NCBI GenBank assembly: GCA_032718475.1
Contig: JAUCBJ010008813.1
Coordinates: 63,417-127,416, forward strand
Direction: 5' to 3'
DNA length: 64,000 nucleotides
DNA from: Nemertoderma westbladi
Taxonomy: Eukaryota; Animalia; Xenacoelomorpha
The translations under genes and the position numbers were made by a program. The notes under the pieces were generated by a model, which had not been told where the DNA came from, did no database searches, and saw nothing but the letters and a program-made list of their open reading frames with translations. Of the stretch, positions 13,201-25,557 are shown in pieces (position 1 is the first letter of the stretch; the number at the start of each line of letters is the position of its first letter).

Positions 13201-16200
13201 CACCTGGGTACACAACACACACATACCATCACAACTTAATAACTCACCTGGTACACATACCAGCACATCTTAAGAACTCACCTGGTACACATACCAGCAC
13301 ATCTTAATAACTCACCTGGTACACATACCAGCACATCTTAATAACCCACCTGGTACACATACCAGCACATCTTAATAACTCACCTGGTACACATACCAGC
13401 ACATCTTAATAACTCACCTGGTACACATACCAGCCACATCTTAATAACTCACCTGGTACACATACCAGCACATCTTAATAACTCACCTGGTACACATACC
13501 AGCACATCTTAATAACTCACCTGGTACACATACCAGCACATCTTAATAACTCACCTGGGTACACACACATACTAGCACACATCTTAACAACTCACCTGGT
13601 ACACATACCAGCACATCTTAATAACTCACCCGGTACACATACCAGCACATCTTAATAACTCACCTGGTACACATATCAGCCACATCTTAATAACTCACCT
13701 GGTACACATACCAGCACATCTTAATAACTCACCTGGTACACATACCAGCACTTCTTAATAACTCACCTGGTACACATACCAGCACATCTTAATAACTCAC
13801 CTGGTACACATACTAGCACACATCTTAACAACTCACCTGGTACACATACCAGCACATCTTAATAACTCACCTGGTACACATACATACCAGCACACATCTT
13901 AGTAACTCACCTGGCTGGTACACATACTAGCACACATCTTAATAACTCACCTGGTACACATACTAGCACACATCTTAATAACTCACCTGGTACACATACT
14001 AGCACACATCTTAATAACTCACCTGGTACACATACATACCAGCACACATCTTAGTAACTCACCTGGCTGGTACACATACTAGCACACATCTTAATAACTC
14101 ACCTGGTACACATACTAGCACACATCTTAGTAACTCACCTGGTACACATACCAGCACATCTTAATAACTCACCTGGTACACATACATACCAGCACATCTT
14201 AATAACTCACCTGGTACACATACCAGCACATCTTAATAACTCACCTGGTACACATACCAGCCACATCTTAATAACTCACCTGGTACACATACCAGCACAT
14301 CTTAATAACTCACCTGGTACACATACCAGCACATCTTAATAACTCACATGGTACACATACCAGCCACATCTTAATAACTCACCTGGTACACATACCAGCA
14401 CATCTTAATAACTCACCTGGTACACATACATACCAGCACATCTTAATAACTCACCTGGTACACATACATACCAGCACACATCTTAGTAACTCACCTGGCT
14501 GGTACACATACTAGCACACATCTTAATAACTCACCTGGTACACATACTAGCACACATCTTAGTAACTCACCTGGTACACATACCAGCACATCTTAATAAC
14601 TCACCTGGTACACATACATACCAGCACATCTTAATAACTCACCTGGTACACATACCAGCACATCTTAATAACTCACCTGGTACACATACCAGCACATCTT
14701 AATAACTCACCTGGTACACATACCAGCACATCTTAATAACTCACCTGGTACACATACCAGCACATCTTAATAACTCACCTGGTACACATACCAGCACATC
14801 TTAATAACTCACCTGGGTACACACACATACTAGCACACATCTTAATAACTCACCTGGTACACATACTAGCACACATCTTAGTAACTCACCTGGTACACAT
14901 ACCAGCACATCTTAATAACTCACCTGGTACACATACATACCAGCACATCTTAATAACTCACCTGGTACACATACCAGCACATCTTAATAACTCACCTGGT
15001 ACACATACCAGCACATCTTAATAACTCACCTGGTACACATACCAGCACATCTTAATAACTCACCTGGTACACATACCAGCACATCTTAATAACTCACCTG
15101 GTACACATACCAGCACATCTTAATAACTCACCTGGGTACACACACATACTAGCACACATCTTAATAACTCACCTGGTACACATACTAGCACACATCTTAA
15201 TAACTCACCTGGTACACATACTAGCACACATCTTAATAACTCACCTGGTACACATACATACCAGCACACATCTTAGTAACTCACCTGGCTGGTACACATA
15301 CTAGCACACATCTTAATAACTCACCTGGTACACATACTAGCACACATCTTAGTAACTCACCTGGTACACATACCAGCACATCTTAATAAATCACCTGGTA
15401 CACATACATACCAGCACATCTTAATAACTCACCTGGTACACATACCAGCACATCTTAATAACTCACCTGGTACACATACCAGCACATCTTAATAACTCAC
15501 CTGGTACACATACCAGCACATCTTAATAACTCACCTGGTACACATACCAGCCACATCTTAATAACTCACCTGGTACACATACCAGCACATCTTAATAACT
15601 CACCTGGTACACATACCAGCACATCTTAATAACTCACCTGGTACACATACCAGCACATCTTAATAACTCACCTGGTACACATACCAGCCACATCTTAATA
15701 ACTCACCTGGTACACATACCAGCACATCTTAATAACTCACCTGGTACACATACCAGCACATCTTAATAACTCACCTGGTACACATACCAGCACATCTTAA
15801 TAACTCACCTGGGTACACACACATACTAGCACACATCTTAACAACTCACCTGGTACACATACCAGCACATCTTAATAACTCACCTGGTACACATACCAGC
15901 CACATCTTAATAACTCACCTGGTACACATACATACCAGCACATCTTAATAACTCACCTGGTACACATACCAGCCACATCTTAATAACTCACCTGGTACAC
16001 ATACCAGCACATCTTAATAACTCACCTGGTACACATACATACCAGCACATCTTAATAACTCACCTGGTACACATACCAGCACATCTGATCCGAGAGATTG
16101 GCTTATTTTCAGTTGTTATTACATGTTCTACTAGCAGGTGATTCTGATAGGACTCGTATGTCAACTCCCTATGCCACTTCTTGTACTACAACAATATACG

Positions 16201-19200
16201 TAGTCTATTGAGTTGTAGAAGATTGAAGTCAGTATAATAGTTTGTAGAAGTTGAAAGTTCTCATCCATAATACAGTATAATAACGAATATTCCTCACCAT
16301 AAACTAACTAAGCATTTAGAATAATTGTATCCGCGTCCTAAAACCCAATTAAATAAATATTGTATTATTTGAAAAAAAAAAAGTTAGTATAACACGAAAC
16401 TATGCAGTTCTATGTGAATTGTAGTTTTGTTAAGATTATAAGTAAACATTCAAAGATTACGTTTTGTAACTTTATACAGGTTTGGAATGCAGGTGTACTG
16501 AGCTAATTCAACTTTTAATACAACATAAATATTGTAACAGTAATTACCTCAAAGTAGTTTTATATACTTCAAAGTGTACCATCAAACAGAGTATAATTGT
16601 TTTTTCATTTGAATTTAAATTAGCGATTAATAAATTATATTACGAATAAATTGCAGCTGTTGCCTTCGATCATTATCAGTACCCTGTGGTTAGTTCTATT
16701 GGCGACACACAATTATTTCACAACCATAAATTATATTGGTGTAATATACTTTAGAGACACAAAAGTTTGAGATACTGCATTGCATTTCATTTAGTCAATC
16801 CACTAACTCCAACTGGTTGAACTTATTAGAGCATTAAAGTCTATCTGAAGTCCTTTATATACAACTAATTATTATTCTAGAATCCACCACGAACTCGATT
16901 CGTTACTCTCTCAAACCGCCAGTGTATCACAAAGTCTTCCTTCACTTTCACAAACTGATTCTTTTGATTGGCTGTAAGTAAATCTATTACTATAATATTA
17001 TTTTACCTTACAGATTGTTCATATATTAGGTCACGATATTTTGACTCATTCCTTCCCAATTTCATGTTTATCATAAAATTCCAGACCCCCCACCCCCCTT
17101 CGGCGATGCATGCAACCAGAGATCAGCTGATCGGTAGGTTTCGCCACGCTCAGCTGAAGGCATTCTCAGGAGGCCAAGCCATGAAAAGTCTTGTTGACTG
17201 GCTTGAACTGTTTACATTTCAAAGTAACCGCACGACACTCACTACGTCCTATTTACCCAATGTACTCACACACAAGCCCGCCATTAACAAACATAATCGT
17301 GATTGACTAAGTTTGTGGTGCTGCTTCCCAGTGGTTAGTTACAACACAAACGTCTCTCTTCTGTTCACTAACCGTTCTTTCTCCGTTTGGGATTTCTCTC
17401 TAAAGAGATTTTCTTTGCTTGACCTCCTGAGAATGCCGTCAGCTGCGGAGCGAAACCTACCGATCAGCTGATCTCTGATAGCATGCGATCAAAATAGATC
17501 CAGTTGCATTTAGTTTTTTATTTTTTGGTCCTTGCTCACCACCGGTAAGGCCCTTGCTCCACTGGCAACACATGTCAGAAGTCAGTGTGCTCCCGTGCAC
17601 CACTGGTAAGTCATACGTCTTTTCTTTAAGAATATAAGATGGGTCTCACATTCAATCGAACACTTGAACATTTAATGGCTTGCTGCTACCCAAAGTAACC
17701 AATCACAGGCCTCTTGCCAGAAAGAACTCATGGGTCGTATGTCAAAAATGGAACATGGGACATAATCACTTTCGACTCATGGGTCGTAACAAACGACTTA
17801 TGACATACCAGTGTAGACGCTCCCATTGAAACCTGATGTGTTTCTTAATTTATTTTGACTTATGACATACGACAACACGTTCGTGGGGACTTCGCGCAGC
17901 ACGAGAGTGCATGCATACGTACAAATTTTGGTTTAATTTAATCTGCAATTGCCCGACTTATTTCGGTTTTTATAAAAAGTCTGAACTGCAATTGCCCGAC
18001 TTATTTCGGTTTTTATAAAAAGTCTGAAACCACCGGTACCGACTGACCTATTTTTAGTAACTTCAGATACTTTCCAAACTTTTAATGGACTGCATACGTA
18101 CAAGTTTGGTTTAATTCATCATTTGATTGAACGACTTATTTCAGTTTTTATCAAAAGTCTGAAACTACCGGTACCGAGTGTCCAACAGTCTTATTTTGAT
18201 AAAAACTCAGATTATTTCTAAATTTCTAATAGACTGCATGCATAATGTAATAAAAGTTGGTTTAATTCTAGTAATTATTGTTGGCTTTAAAAAAAATGTA
18301 ATATAAAAAACGTGCAAAATAAGTTTCGCCAGAGATATGATTCGAACCAGCGCGAGAAGATCCATTGGATGGATAGTCCAACGCCTTATCCACTCAGCCA
18401 ACACCGCTCGAGGTAACGAGCTGGCCAATGAAGGTATTAAAGTTTTATACTGCAATTTCATAATCACTACTGATAAGTACAACAGTAGGCCTAGCGTACC
18501 GGTAGGCCTATGTCATTACTTCGGAGTCTCTAGCGGATCCCCAATTAAATGTCTTAACTTTTCAATTTCGTAAAAGATAGACTTCATAATTCTCTACAAG
18601 CAACCAAAATTTCAGCTCAGGAAAATGAGGCGTTCCCGAGAAATTTAACATTTTCTAAAAACCACATAATCTGTCGTAGCTGACGTCAGACTGCATGATT
18701 TTTCACCAAACTTTACAAACTTTCTAAACTTTCTCTCTACTACTTACCTACTAAGTTTGGTTCAATTCCGAACGAGCGATGCCGAGAAATTCGCGTTCAA
18801 ACATTTACCAGACGGACGGACAGACAGACAGACGGACAGACAGACAGACAGACAGACGGACATGCCCCATTTGCCCTATATGAACCGTATGCCAAGGCTC
18901 GCCGACTACGTGTCTCGCCCCACATATGACTTACCAGTGGAGTACGAGCCTAAGATTTTTTACTCAACATTACTGAATAATTTAGTAATTTTTTTATGTT
19001 TTCTCAATGTTCTTCAACCTGAATGTTGGCCTGCGGATTGTGAATTAATACCGGTGTGTAACTCGTTTCTTCTTCGCCTTTCTTACTGTTGTTTACAGGG
19101 ACTTTATATCAATCCGTCTTTATCTGTTTATATTAAATTATTAAATTATTTTATGTTTCAGTTCGTCTCTTAGTTTCTCCCCTCAAGAACCGACTAGCAG

Positions 19201-19804
19201 TAGGTATCTGCCCCCCCGAACCCCGTCGCCCCCTCTCCCGTCCCCCAACACCCCTCCGTCGGAGACCACCCGGGTCTGGCTGGTGGACCACGGCTATTCG
19301 GCGTCCCCGCGGACCCTCACAACGCCCCCTAGCGGGGACCCCAGAACAAACAACCCACAATCCACATCGCACACCAAGGCTTTCTCACAGCACCGCCATC
19401 AAATCGACAATCTATACGGAACACTGCCTCGCGTAAACCCTTCAATTCGTGACTCATCGTCGTCTAGGCGACCAACCTCAACCAATCAGCGAGCGGCGTC
19501 GCCTAGCAACGAGGACCCCTTCCCGCGCATACAATCGCCCAAAGCGCATCTCGCTGTGAACGCGCTCCTCGCTACGCTCGTTAACCAGCAACGGGAGCCC
19601 CCCGCATGGCTCGCCCCGTCCGCCGCGACGGAACCGGTTGGCGTCTCTGAGTCGCTAGCGCCCCCCAGCGGCGTCGGACAGGAGGATATGGTCGACTCGT
19701 TGCTATTGGAGACGGAATCAACCCCCGGGGGCGACTCCTTGTTGAAGCGGTCGCCCCAGCAACAGTTAATACTGGTAGCTAAGGGAGTGAACGGAGTAGT
19801 CTAG
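4203..19804 (+). CDS. EPC: Enhancer of Polycomb homolog (NuA4/TIP60 subunit), 3' part; exons 4203-4413, 5007-5285, 8575-8658, 8740-8918, 19162-19804 (5' exons lie upstream of the window)
   Basis: GT-AG boundaries are phase-consistent. Peptides DLLNLVRKREKQKKELVRLSIELYEKQYQMGDY, PDGQFTFRRIDGASYYA, RCLGYGRRRLARGGRVSLD and RYLPPRTPS match recalled EPC1 motifs (IKRREKSKRELLHLTLEIMEKRYNLGDY, PDGPFAFRRKAGCQYYA, RCIGFARRRVGRGGRVLLDR, RPRTPS). An extra small exon after 8918 cannot be excluded. Confidence 0.88.
4347..4993 (+). repeat. 75-79-bp tandem array: one exonic copy, 7 full and 1 partial intronic copies of the EPC exon end plus GTAAGT donor
   Basis: Units start at 4347, 4422, 4501, 4580, 4659, 4738, 4817, 4895 and 4973. 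Full units end CCAAG(G)|GTAAGTAA. Confidence 0.95.
5709..6747 (+). mobile_element. 5'-truncated, frameshifted CRE-type non-LTR retrotransposon (zinc knuckle plus restriction-like endonuclease) in an EPC intron
   Basis: Motifs GGWL..FRDNLNLRYG..CEGCG..HALNC.SGGLII.RHDEVRE..RADL..FDI.IINADAPSY are spread over three frames. A 15-bp direct repeat GTAATCAATAGCAAG sits at 5694-5708 and 6748-6762. Confidence 0.85.
7037..8070. repeat. 11-bp minisatellite (CCCATTCTGCC / CCCATTCTGCT), probably inside a HINE-like element (~6950-8295)
   Basis: Clear 11-bp period; followed by a GACAGAC-containing tail similar to other HINE-like copies in the window. Confidence 0.9.
9221..16185 (-). CDS. PAN/Apple + F-type lectin (fucolectin/FTP) protein nested antisense in an EPC intron; exons 16185-16064, 10971-10812, 10714-10633, 10109-9874, 9427-9221; 5' end unresolved
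   Basis: All junctions are GT-AG and phase-consistent. PAN cysteines: CAGMCTR|RNRNCKSINF..CQLN. F-lectin motifs: NVAIAKP.GQ, AVDGN, CSHT..WFWVDL..NRKDCCSHR (H-x27-R-x-D-x4-R), GRYV, LTICE. Confidence 0.88.
9530..9830 (+). mobile_element. HINE/DINE-1-like element remnant with an expanded (GACC)n microsatellite at ~9616-9785
   Basis: GTTTGGTTT..CATC core followed by a GACA/GACC microsatellite, as in the copies at ~18.7 kb, ~25.8 kb and ~60.8 kb. Confidence 0.6.
10260..10480 (-). mobile_element. tRNA-derived SINE fragment
   Basis: Minus strand has A-box-like TGGCGTCGTGG and B-box-like GCTTCGAGCCC, followed by a CTCCCGGGGAG body. Confidence 0.55.
11467..16085 (-). repeat. 34-bp (variants to ~44 bp) tandem array, ~130 copies, built from the PAN exon 3' end plus its splice donor
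   Basis: Minus-strand unit is ATGTGCTGGTATGTGTACCAG|GTGAGTTATTAAG. The first copy is the real exon end (16084-16064). Copy number estimated from length. Confidence 0.95.
17108..17486. mobile_element. MITE with ~65-bp terminal inverted repeats
   Basis: GCATGC..AGAGATCAGCTGATCGGTAGGTTTCGC..GGCATTCTCAGGAGG at the left has its reverse complement at ~17422-17486. Related sequence occurs at ~57105-57232. Confidence 0.8.
17905..18935 (+). mobile_element. HINE/DINE-1-like (Helentron-associated) element with internal tandem subrepeats, a (GACA/GACG)n tract and a 3' hairpin-like end
   Basis: Repeated CGACTTATTTCGGTTTTTAT blocks; microsatellite at 18810-18860; ends GGCTCGCCGACTACGTGTCTCGCCCCACA. Similar TCGCCCC ends at ~25920, ~34345 and ~60985. 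Confidence 0.6.
18327..18407 (-). pseudogene. tRNA-Ser-like pseudogene or SINE head
   Basis: Minus strand reads GCGGTGTTGGCTGAGTGGATAAGGCGTTGGACT..TCCAATGG..CGCGCTGGTTCGAATC. D-loop, long variable arm and T-loop resemble tRNA-Ser, but the anticodon loop and acceptor stem are degenerate. Confidence 0.65.
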
Positions 19805-19958
19805 CTGAACGCGTACCAAGTCATATTGAATAATTAAAGGATTCCCTCTCAATAGTTAGTCTGGATTTACATTAAATTATTCGAAAAGGCCCAATTAAAG
19901 TCGAGTCGATTCTTTGTTACTCAACTTAATATTTAATAAAACATCGATAAATGCCGCA

Positions 19959-20403
19959 GGATGGCGTAACAAAACGAAACGATAACTAAACGAAAGAAAA
20001 AATCTTCAAAGGTTTGAAAGTTTTTACTTTCTCAATATTTATTGTAAACAGACGAGACGGGGGGGGGGGGGGGTAAACAAATCCCATCTCGGCGAGTTAT
20101 TATTTCGCCTCAATATTAGAGAAATTCAATTTAGAGAAAGGAGCAGGTTACAGTGACATGTTATTCTAACCAAAACAATAGATTGGATGCTATACACCAC
20201 TACTGGCGTTAATGATAATTACGCTATACACCAGAGTGATAAACTTGGAGTAAAAATTCCTTAGAGTTAAAAAATTAAAAACTAATTTAAAACGAAGGAA
20301 ACTAACGAAAATTGGACAGATTGAAAAAAAAAATCTAAGGAAATTTCGAACTGGAAACAAAAAGAAACGAGATTGAAATTCGTTTGGTTTCGTTATGTCA
20401 TCC
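19959..20403. mobile_element. Degenerate MITE
   Basis: GGATGGCGTAACAAAACGAAACGA at the left versus reverse complement GGATGACATAACGAAACCAAACGA at the right (20/24 identical). Confidence 0.5.
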
Positions 20404-20836
20404 CAACTTATTATTAAATTGTATAGTTGAATCCTAATAACCAATATATAATTTATTCAGCCGCCTTATTCCATAACAGTGTGTTTAGCATCTCCAGACA
20501 ATGTCTCATATTCAATTTATTAGTTTAGGTTTTATTCTCATTTGGTTTATATTATATTAGCGTAAAGCTTTCGGTCTGTTCGTAACCCATATTAACACAT
20601 ATCAATATATATTGATTTAGGCGGGAAATCCTTCTGTAATATTCAGCATATTGTGTGTATTATTTTAATGATTACACGGAGTATTAAATACACGTTTATT
20701 ACCGGTATTAGGATAGTGAGTGTGAATATTAGGTGTAGCATTATACGGGTGAATCGCGAAAGAACTTTTTTGTGGTTGCGGATATTTCGAAGGTTATGGA
20801 TTGGTATGTGACACTATGGGATTAAATCGAACATCA

Positions 20837-23800
20837 TTGTGTGTGGTTGGAACTAACACCTTGTGTGTGGTTGGAACTAACACCTTGTGTGTGGTTGGAA
20901 CTAACACCTTGTGTGTGGTTGGAACTAACACCTTGTGTGTGGTTGGAACTAACACCTTGTGTGTGGTTGGAACTAACACCTTGTGTGTGGTTGGAACTAA
21001 CACCTTGTGTGTGGTTGGAACTAACACCTTGTGTGTGGTTGGAACTAACACCTTGTGTGTGGTTGGAACTAACACCTTGTGTGTGGTTGGAACTAACACC
21101 TTGTGTGTGGTTGGAACTAACACCTTGTGTGTGGTTGGAACTAACACCTTGTGTGTGGTTAGATCTAGATCTAACACCTTTGGGTGCGGTTAGATGTAAC
21201 ACCTTTGAGTGCGGATAGATCTAACACCTTTTGGGTGCGGTTAGATCTAACACCTTTGAGTGCGGATAGATCTAACACCTTTGAGTGCGGATAGATCTAA
21301 CACCTTTGGGTGCGGTTAGATCTAACACCTTTGAGTGCGGATAGATCTAACACCTTTGGGTGCGGATAGATCTAACACCTTTGGGTGCGGTTAGATCTAA
21401 CACCTTTGGGTGCGGTTAGATATAACACCTTGTGTGTGGTTAGATCTAACACCTTTGGGTGCGGTTAGATATAACACCTTGTGTGTGGTTAGATCTAACA
21501 CCTTTGGGTGCGGTTAGATATAACACCTTGTGTGTGGTTAGATCTAACACCTTTGAGTGCGGATAGATCTAACACCTTTGAGTGCGGATAGATCTAACAC
21601 CTTTGGGTGCGGTTAGATCAACACCTTTGGGTGCGGTTAGATATAACACCTTGTGTGTGGTTAGATCTAACACCTTTGGGTGCGGTTAGATATAACACCT
21701 TGTGTGTGGTTAGATCTAACACCTTTGGGTGCGGTTAGATATAACACCTTGTGTGTGGTTAGATCTAACACCTTTGGGTGCGATTAGATATAACACCTTG
21801 TGTGTGGTTAGATCTAACACCTTTGAGTGCGGTTAGATATAACACCTTTGAGTGCGGTTAGATCTAACACCTTTGAGTGCGTATAGATCTAACACCTTTG
21901 AGTGCGGATAGATCTAACACCTTTGGATGCGGTTAGATCTAACACCTTTGGGTGCGGTTAGATATAACACCTTGTGTGTGGTTAGATCTAACACCTTTGG
22001 GTGCGGTTAGATATAACACCTTTGAGTGCGGTTAGATCTAACACCCTTGAGTGCGGATAGATCTAACACCTTTGAGTGCGGATAGATCTAACACCTTTGG
22101 GTGCGGTTAGATCTAACACCTTTGGGTGCGGTTAGATAAAACACCTTGTGTGTGGTTAGATCTAACACCTTTGAGTGCGGTTTATATATAACACCTTTGA
22201 GTGCGGTTAGAACTAACACCTTTGAGTGCGGATAGATCTAACACCTTTGGGTGCGGTAAGATCTAACACCTTTGGGTGCGGTTAGATATAACACCTTGTG
22301 TGTGGTTAGATCTAACACCTTTGAGTGCGGTTAGATCTAACACCTTTGAGTGCGGATAGATCTAACACCTTTGAGTGCGGATAGATCTAACACCTTTGAG
22401 TGCGGTTAGATCTAACACCTTTGAGTGCGGTTAGATATAACACCTTGTGTGTGGTTAGATCTAACACCTTTGGGTGCGGTTAGATATAACACCTTGTGTG
22501 TGGTTAGATCTAACACCTTTGAGTGCGGTTAGATCTAACACCTTTGGGTGCGGTTAGATCTAACACCTTTGAGTGCGGTTAGATCTAACACCTTTGTGTG
22601 CGGTTAGATCTAACACCTTTGAGTGCGGTTAGATATAACACCTTTGAGTGCGGTTAGATCTAACACCTGTGGGTGCGGTTAGATCTAACACCTTTGGGTG
22701 CGGTTAGATATAACACCTTGTGTGTGGTTAGATCTAACACCTTTGTGTGCGGTTAGATCTAACACCTTTGAGTGCGGTTAGATCTAACACCTTTGAGTGC
22801 GGTTAGATCTAACACCTTTGGGTGCGGTTAGATCTAACACCTTTGAGTGCGGTTAGATATAACACCTTTGAGTGCGGTTAGATCTAACACCTTTGGGTGC
22901 GGTTAGATCTAACACCTTTGAGTGCGGTTAGATCTAACACCTTTGAGTGCGGTTAGATATAACACCTTTGAGTGCGGTTAGATCTAACACCTTTGTGTGC
23001 GGTTAGATCTAACACCTTTGAGTGCGGTTAGATATAACACCTTGTGTGTGGTTAGATCTAACACCTTTGGGTGCGGTTAGATATAACACCTTTGAGTGCG
23101 GTTAGATCTAACACCCTTGAGTGCGGATAGATCTAACACCTTTGAGTGCGGATAGATATAACACCTTTGGGTGCGGTTAGATCTAACACCTTTGGGTGCG
23201 GTTAGATATAACACCTTGTGTGTGGTTAGATCTAACACCTTTGAGTGCGGTTTATATATAACACCTTTGAGTGCGGTTAGATCTAACACCTTTGAGTGCG
23301 GATAGATCTAACACCTTTGGGTGCGGTTAGATCTAACACCTTTGGGTGCGGTTAGATATAACACCTTGTGTGTGGTTAGATCTAACACCTTTGAGTGCGG
23401 TTAGATCTAACACCTTTGAGTGCGGATAGATCTAACACCTTTGAGTGCGGATAGATCTAACACCTTTGAGTGCGGTTAGATCTAACACCTTTGAGTGCGG
23501 TTAGATATAACACCTTGTGTGTGGTTAGATCTAACACCTTTGGGTGCGGTTAGATATAACACCTTGTGTGTGGTTAGATCTAACACCTTTGAGTGCGGCT
23601 AGATCTAACACCTTTGGGTGCGGTTAGATCTAACACCTTTGAGTGCGGTTAGATCTAACACCTTTGTGTGCGGTTAGATCTAACACCTTTGAGTGCGGTT
23701 AGATATAACACCTTTGAGTGCGGTTAGATCTAACACCTTTGGGTGCGGTTAGATCTAACACCTTTGGGTGCGGTTAGATATAACACCTTGTGTGTGGTTA

Positions 23801-25557
23801 GATCTAACACCTTTGTGTGCGGTTAGATCTAACACCTTTGAGTGCGGTTAGATCTAACACCTTTGAGTGCGGTTAGATCTAACACCTTTGGGTGCGTTTA
23901 GATCTAACACCTTTGAGTGCGGTTAGATATAACACCTTTGAGTGCGGTTAGATCTAACACCTTTGGGTGCGGTTAGATCTAACACCTTTGAGTGCGGTTA
24001 GATCTAACACCTTTGAGTGCGGTTAGATATAACACCTTTGAGTGCGGTTAGATCTAACACCTTTGTGTGCGGTTAGATCTAACACCTTTGAGTGCGGTTA
24101 GATATAACACCTTGTGTGTGGTTAGATCTAACACCTTTGGGTGCGGTTAGATATAACACCTTGTGTGTGGTTAGATCTAACACCTTTGAGTGCGGTTAGA
24201 TCTAACACCTTTGAGTGCGGTTGGATCTAACACCTTTGGGTGCGGTTAGATCTAACACCTTTGAGTGCGGTTAGATATAACACCTTTGAGTGCGGTTAGA
24301 TCTAACACCTTTGGGTGCGGTTAGATCTAACACCTTTGAGTGCGGTTAGATCTAACACCTTTGAGTGCGGTTAGATATAACACCTTTGAGTGCGGTTAGA
24401 TCTAACACCTTTGTGTGCGGTTAGATCTAACACCTTTGAGTGCGGTTAGATATAACACCTTGTGTGTGGTTAGATCTAACACCTTTGGGTGCGGTTAGAT
24501 ATAACACCTTGTGTGTGGTTAGATCTAACACCTTTGAGTGCGGTTAGATCTAACACCTTTGGGTGCGGTTAGATCTAACACCTTTGAGTGCGGTTAGATC
24601 TAACACCTTTGTGTGCGGTTAGATCTAACACCTTAGAGTGCGGTTAGATATAACACCTTTGAGTGCGGTTAGATCTAACACCTTTGAGTGCGGATAGATC
24701 TAACACCTTTGGGTGCGGTTAGATCTAACACCTTTGGGTGCGGTTAGATATAACACCTTGTGTGTGGTTAGATCTAACACCTTTGGGTGCGGTTAGATAT
24801 AACACCTTGTGTGTGGTTAGATCTAACACCTTTGGGTGCGGTTAGATATAACACCTTGTGTGTGGTTAGATCTAACACCTTTGAGTGCGGTTAGATCTAA
24901 CACCTTTGTGTGCGGTTAGATCTAACACCTTTGAGTGCGGTTAGATATAACACCTTTGAGTGCGGTTAGATATAACACCTTTTAGTGCGGTTAGATATAA
25001 CACCTTGTGTGTGGTTAGATCTAACACCTTTGAGTGCGGTTAGATCTTACACCTTTGCGTGGTGTTAGATGTAACACCTTTGTGTGCGGTTAGATCTAAC
25101 ACCTTTGAGTGCGGTTAGATCTAACACCTTTGCGTGGTGTTAAATCTAACAACTTTGTGTGTGGTTAGATCTTACACCTTTGCGTGGTGTTAGATCTAAC
25201 ACCTTTGCGTGGTGTTAAATCTAACAACTTTGTGTGTGGTTAGATCTTACACCTTTGCGTGGTGTTAGATCTAACACCTTTGTGTGCGGTTAGATCTAAC
25301 ACCTTTGATTGCGGTTAGATCTAACACCTTTGCGTGGTGTTAAATCTTACAACTTTGTGTGTGGTTAGATCTTACACCTTTGCGTGATGTTAGATCTAAC
25401 ACCTTGTGTGTGGTTAGATCTAGATCTAACACCTTGTAGGCGGTTGGAATTTACACCTTGTGTGTGGTTAATAAATCTAGATCTCACACCTTTGAGTGCG
25501 GTTAGATCTAACACCTTGTGTGCGGTTAGATCTACCACTGTACGGTTAGATCTAACA
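20837..25557. repeat. 24/25-bp minisatellite; most units contain the palindrome GTTAGATCTAAC; includes a ~1070-bp higher-order duplication
   Basis: Main unit ATCTAACACCTTTGAGTGCGGTTAG; homogeneous 24-bp block at 20837-21160; rare variants recur 1070 bp apart (22041/23111 and 22181/23251). Confidence 0.95.

Noticed and set aside
18327-18407. Functional tRNA-Ser gene
   Set aside because: Anticodon loop and acceptor stem are broken; kept only as a pseudogene or SINE head.
20837-25557. CRISPR-like palindromic repeat with variable spacers
   Set aside because: The variable part is only 9-10 nt and drawn from a few recurring variants; an ordinary minisatellite.
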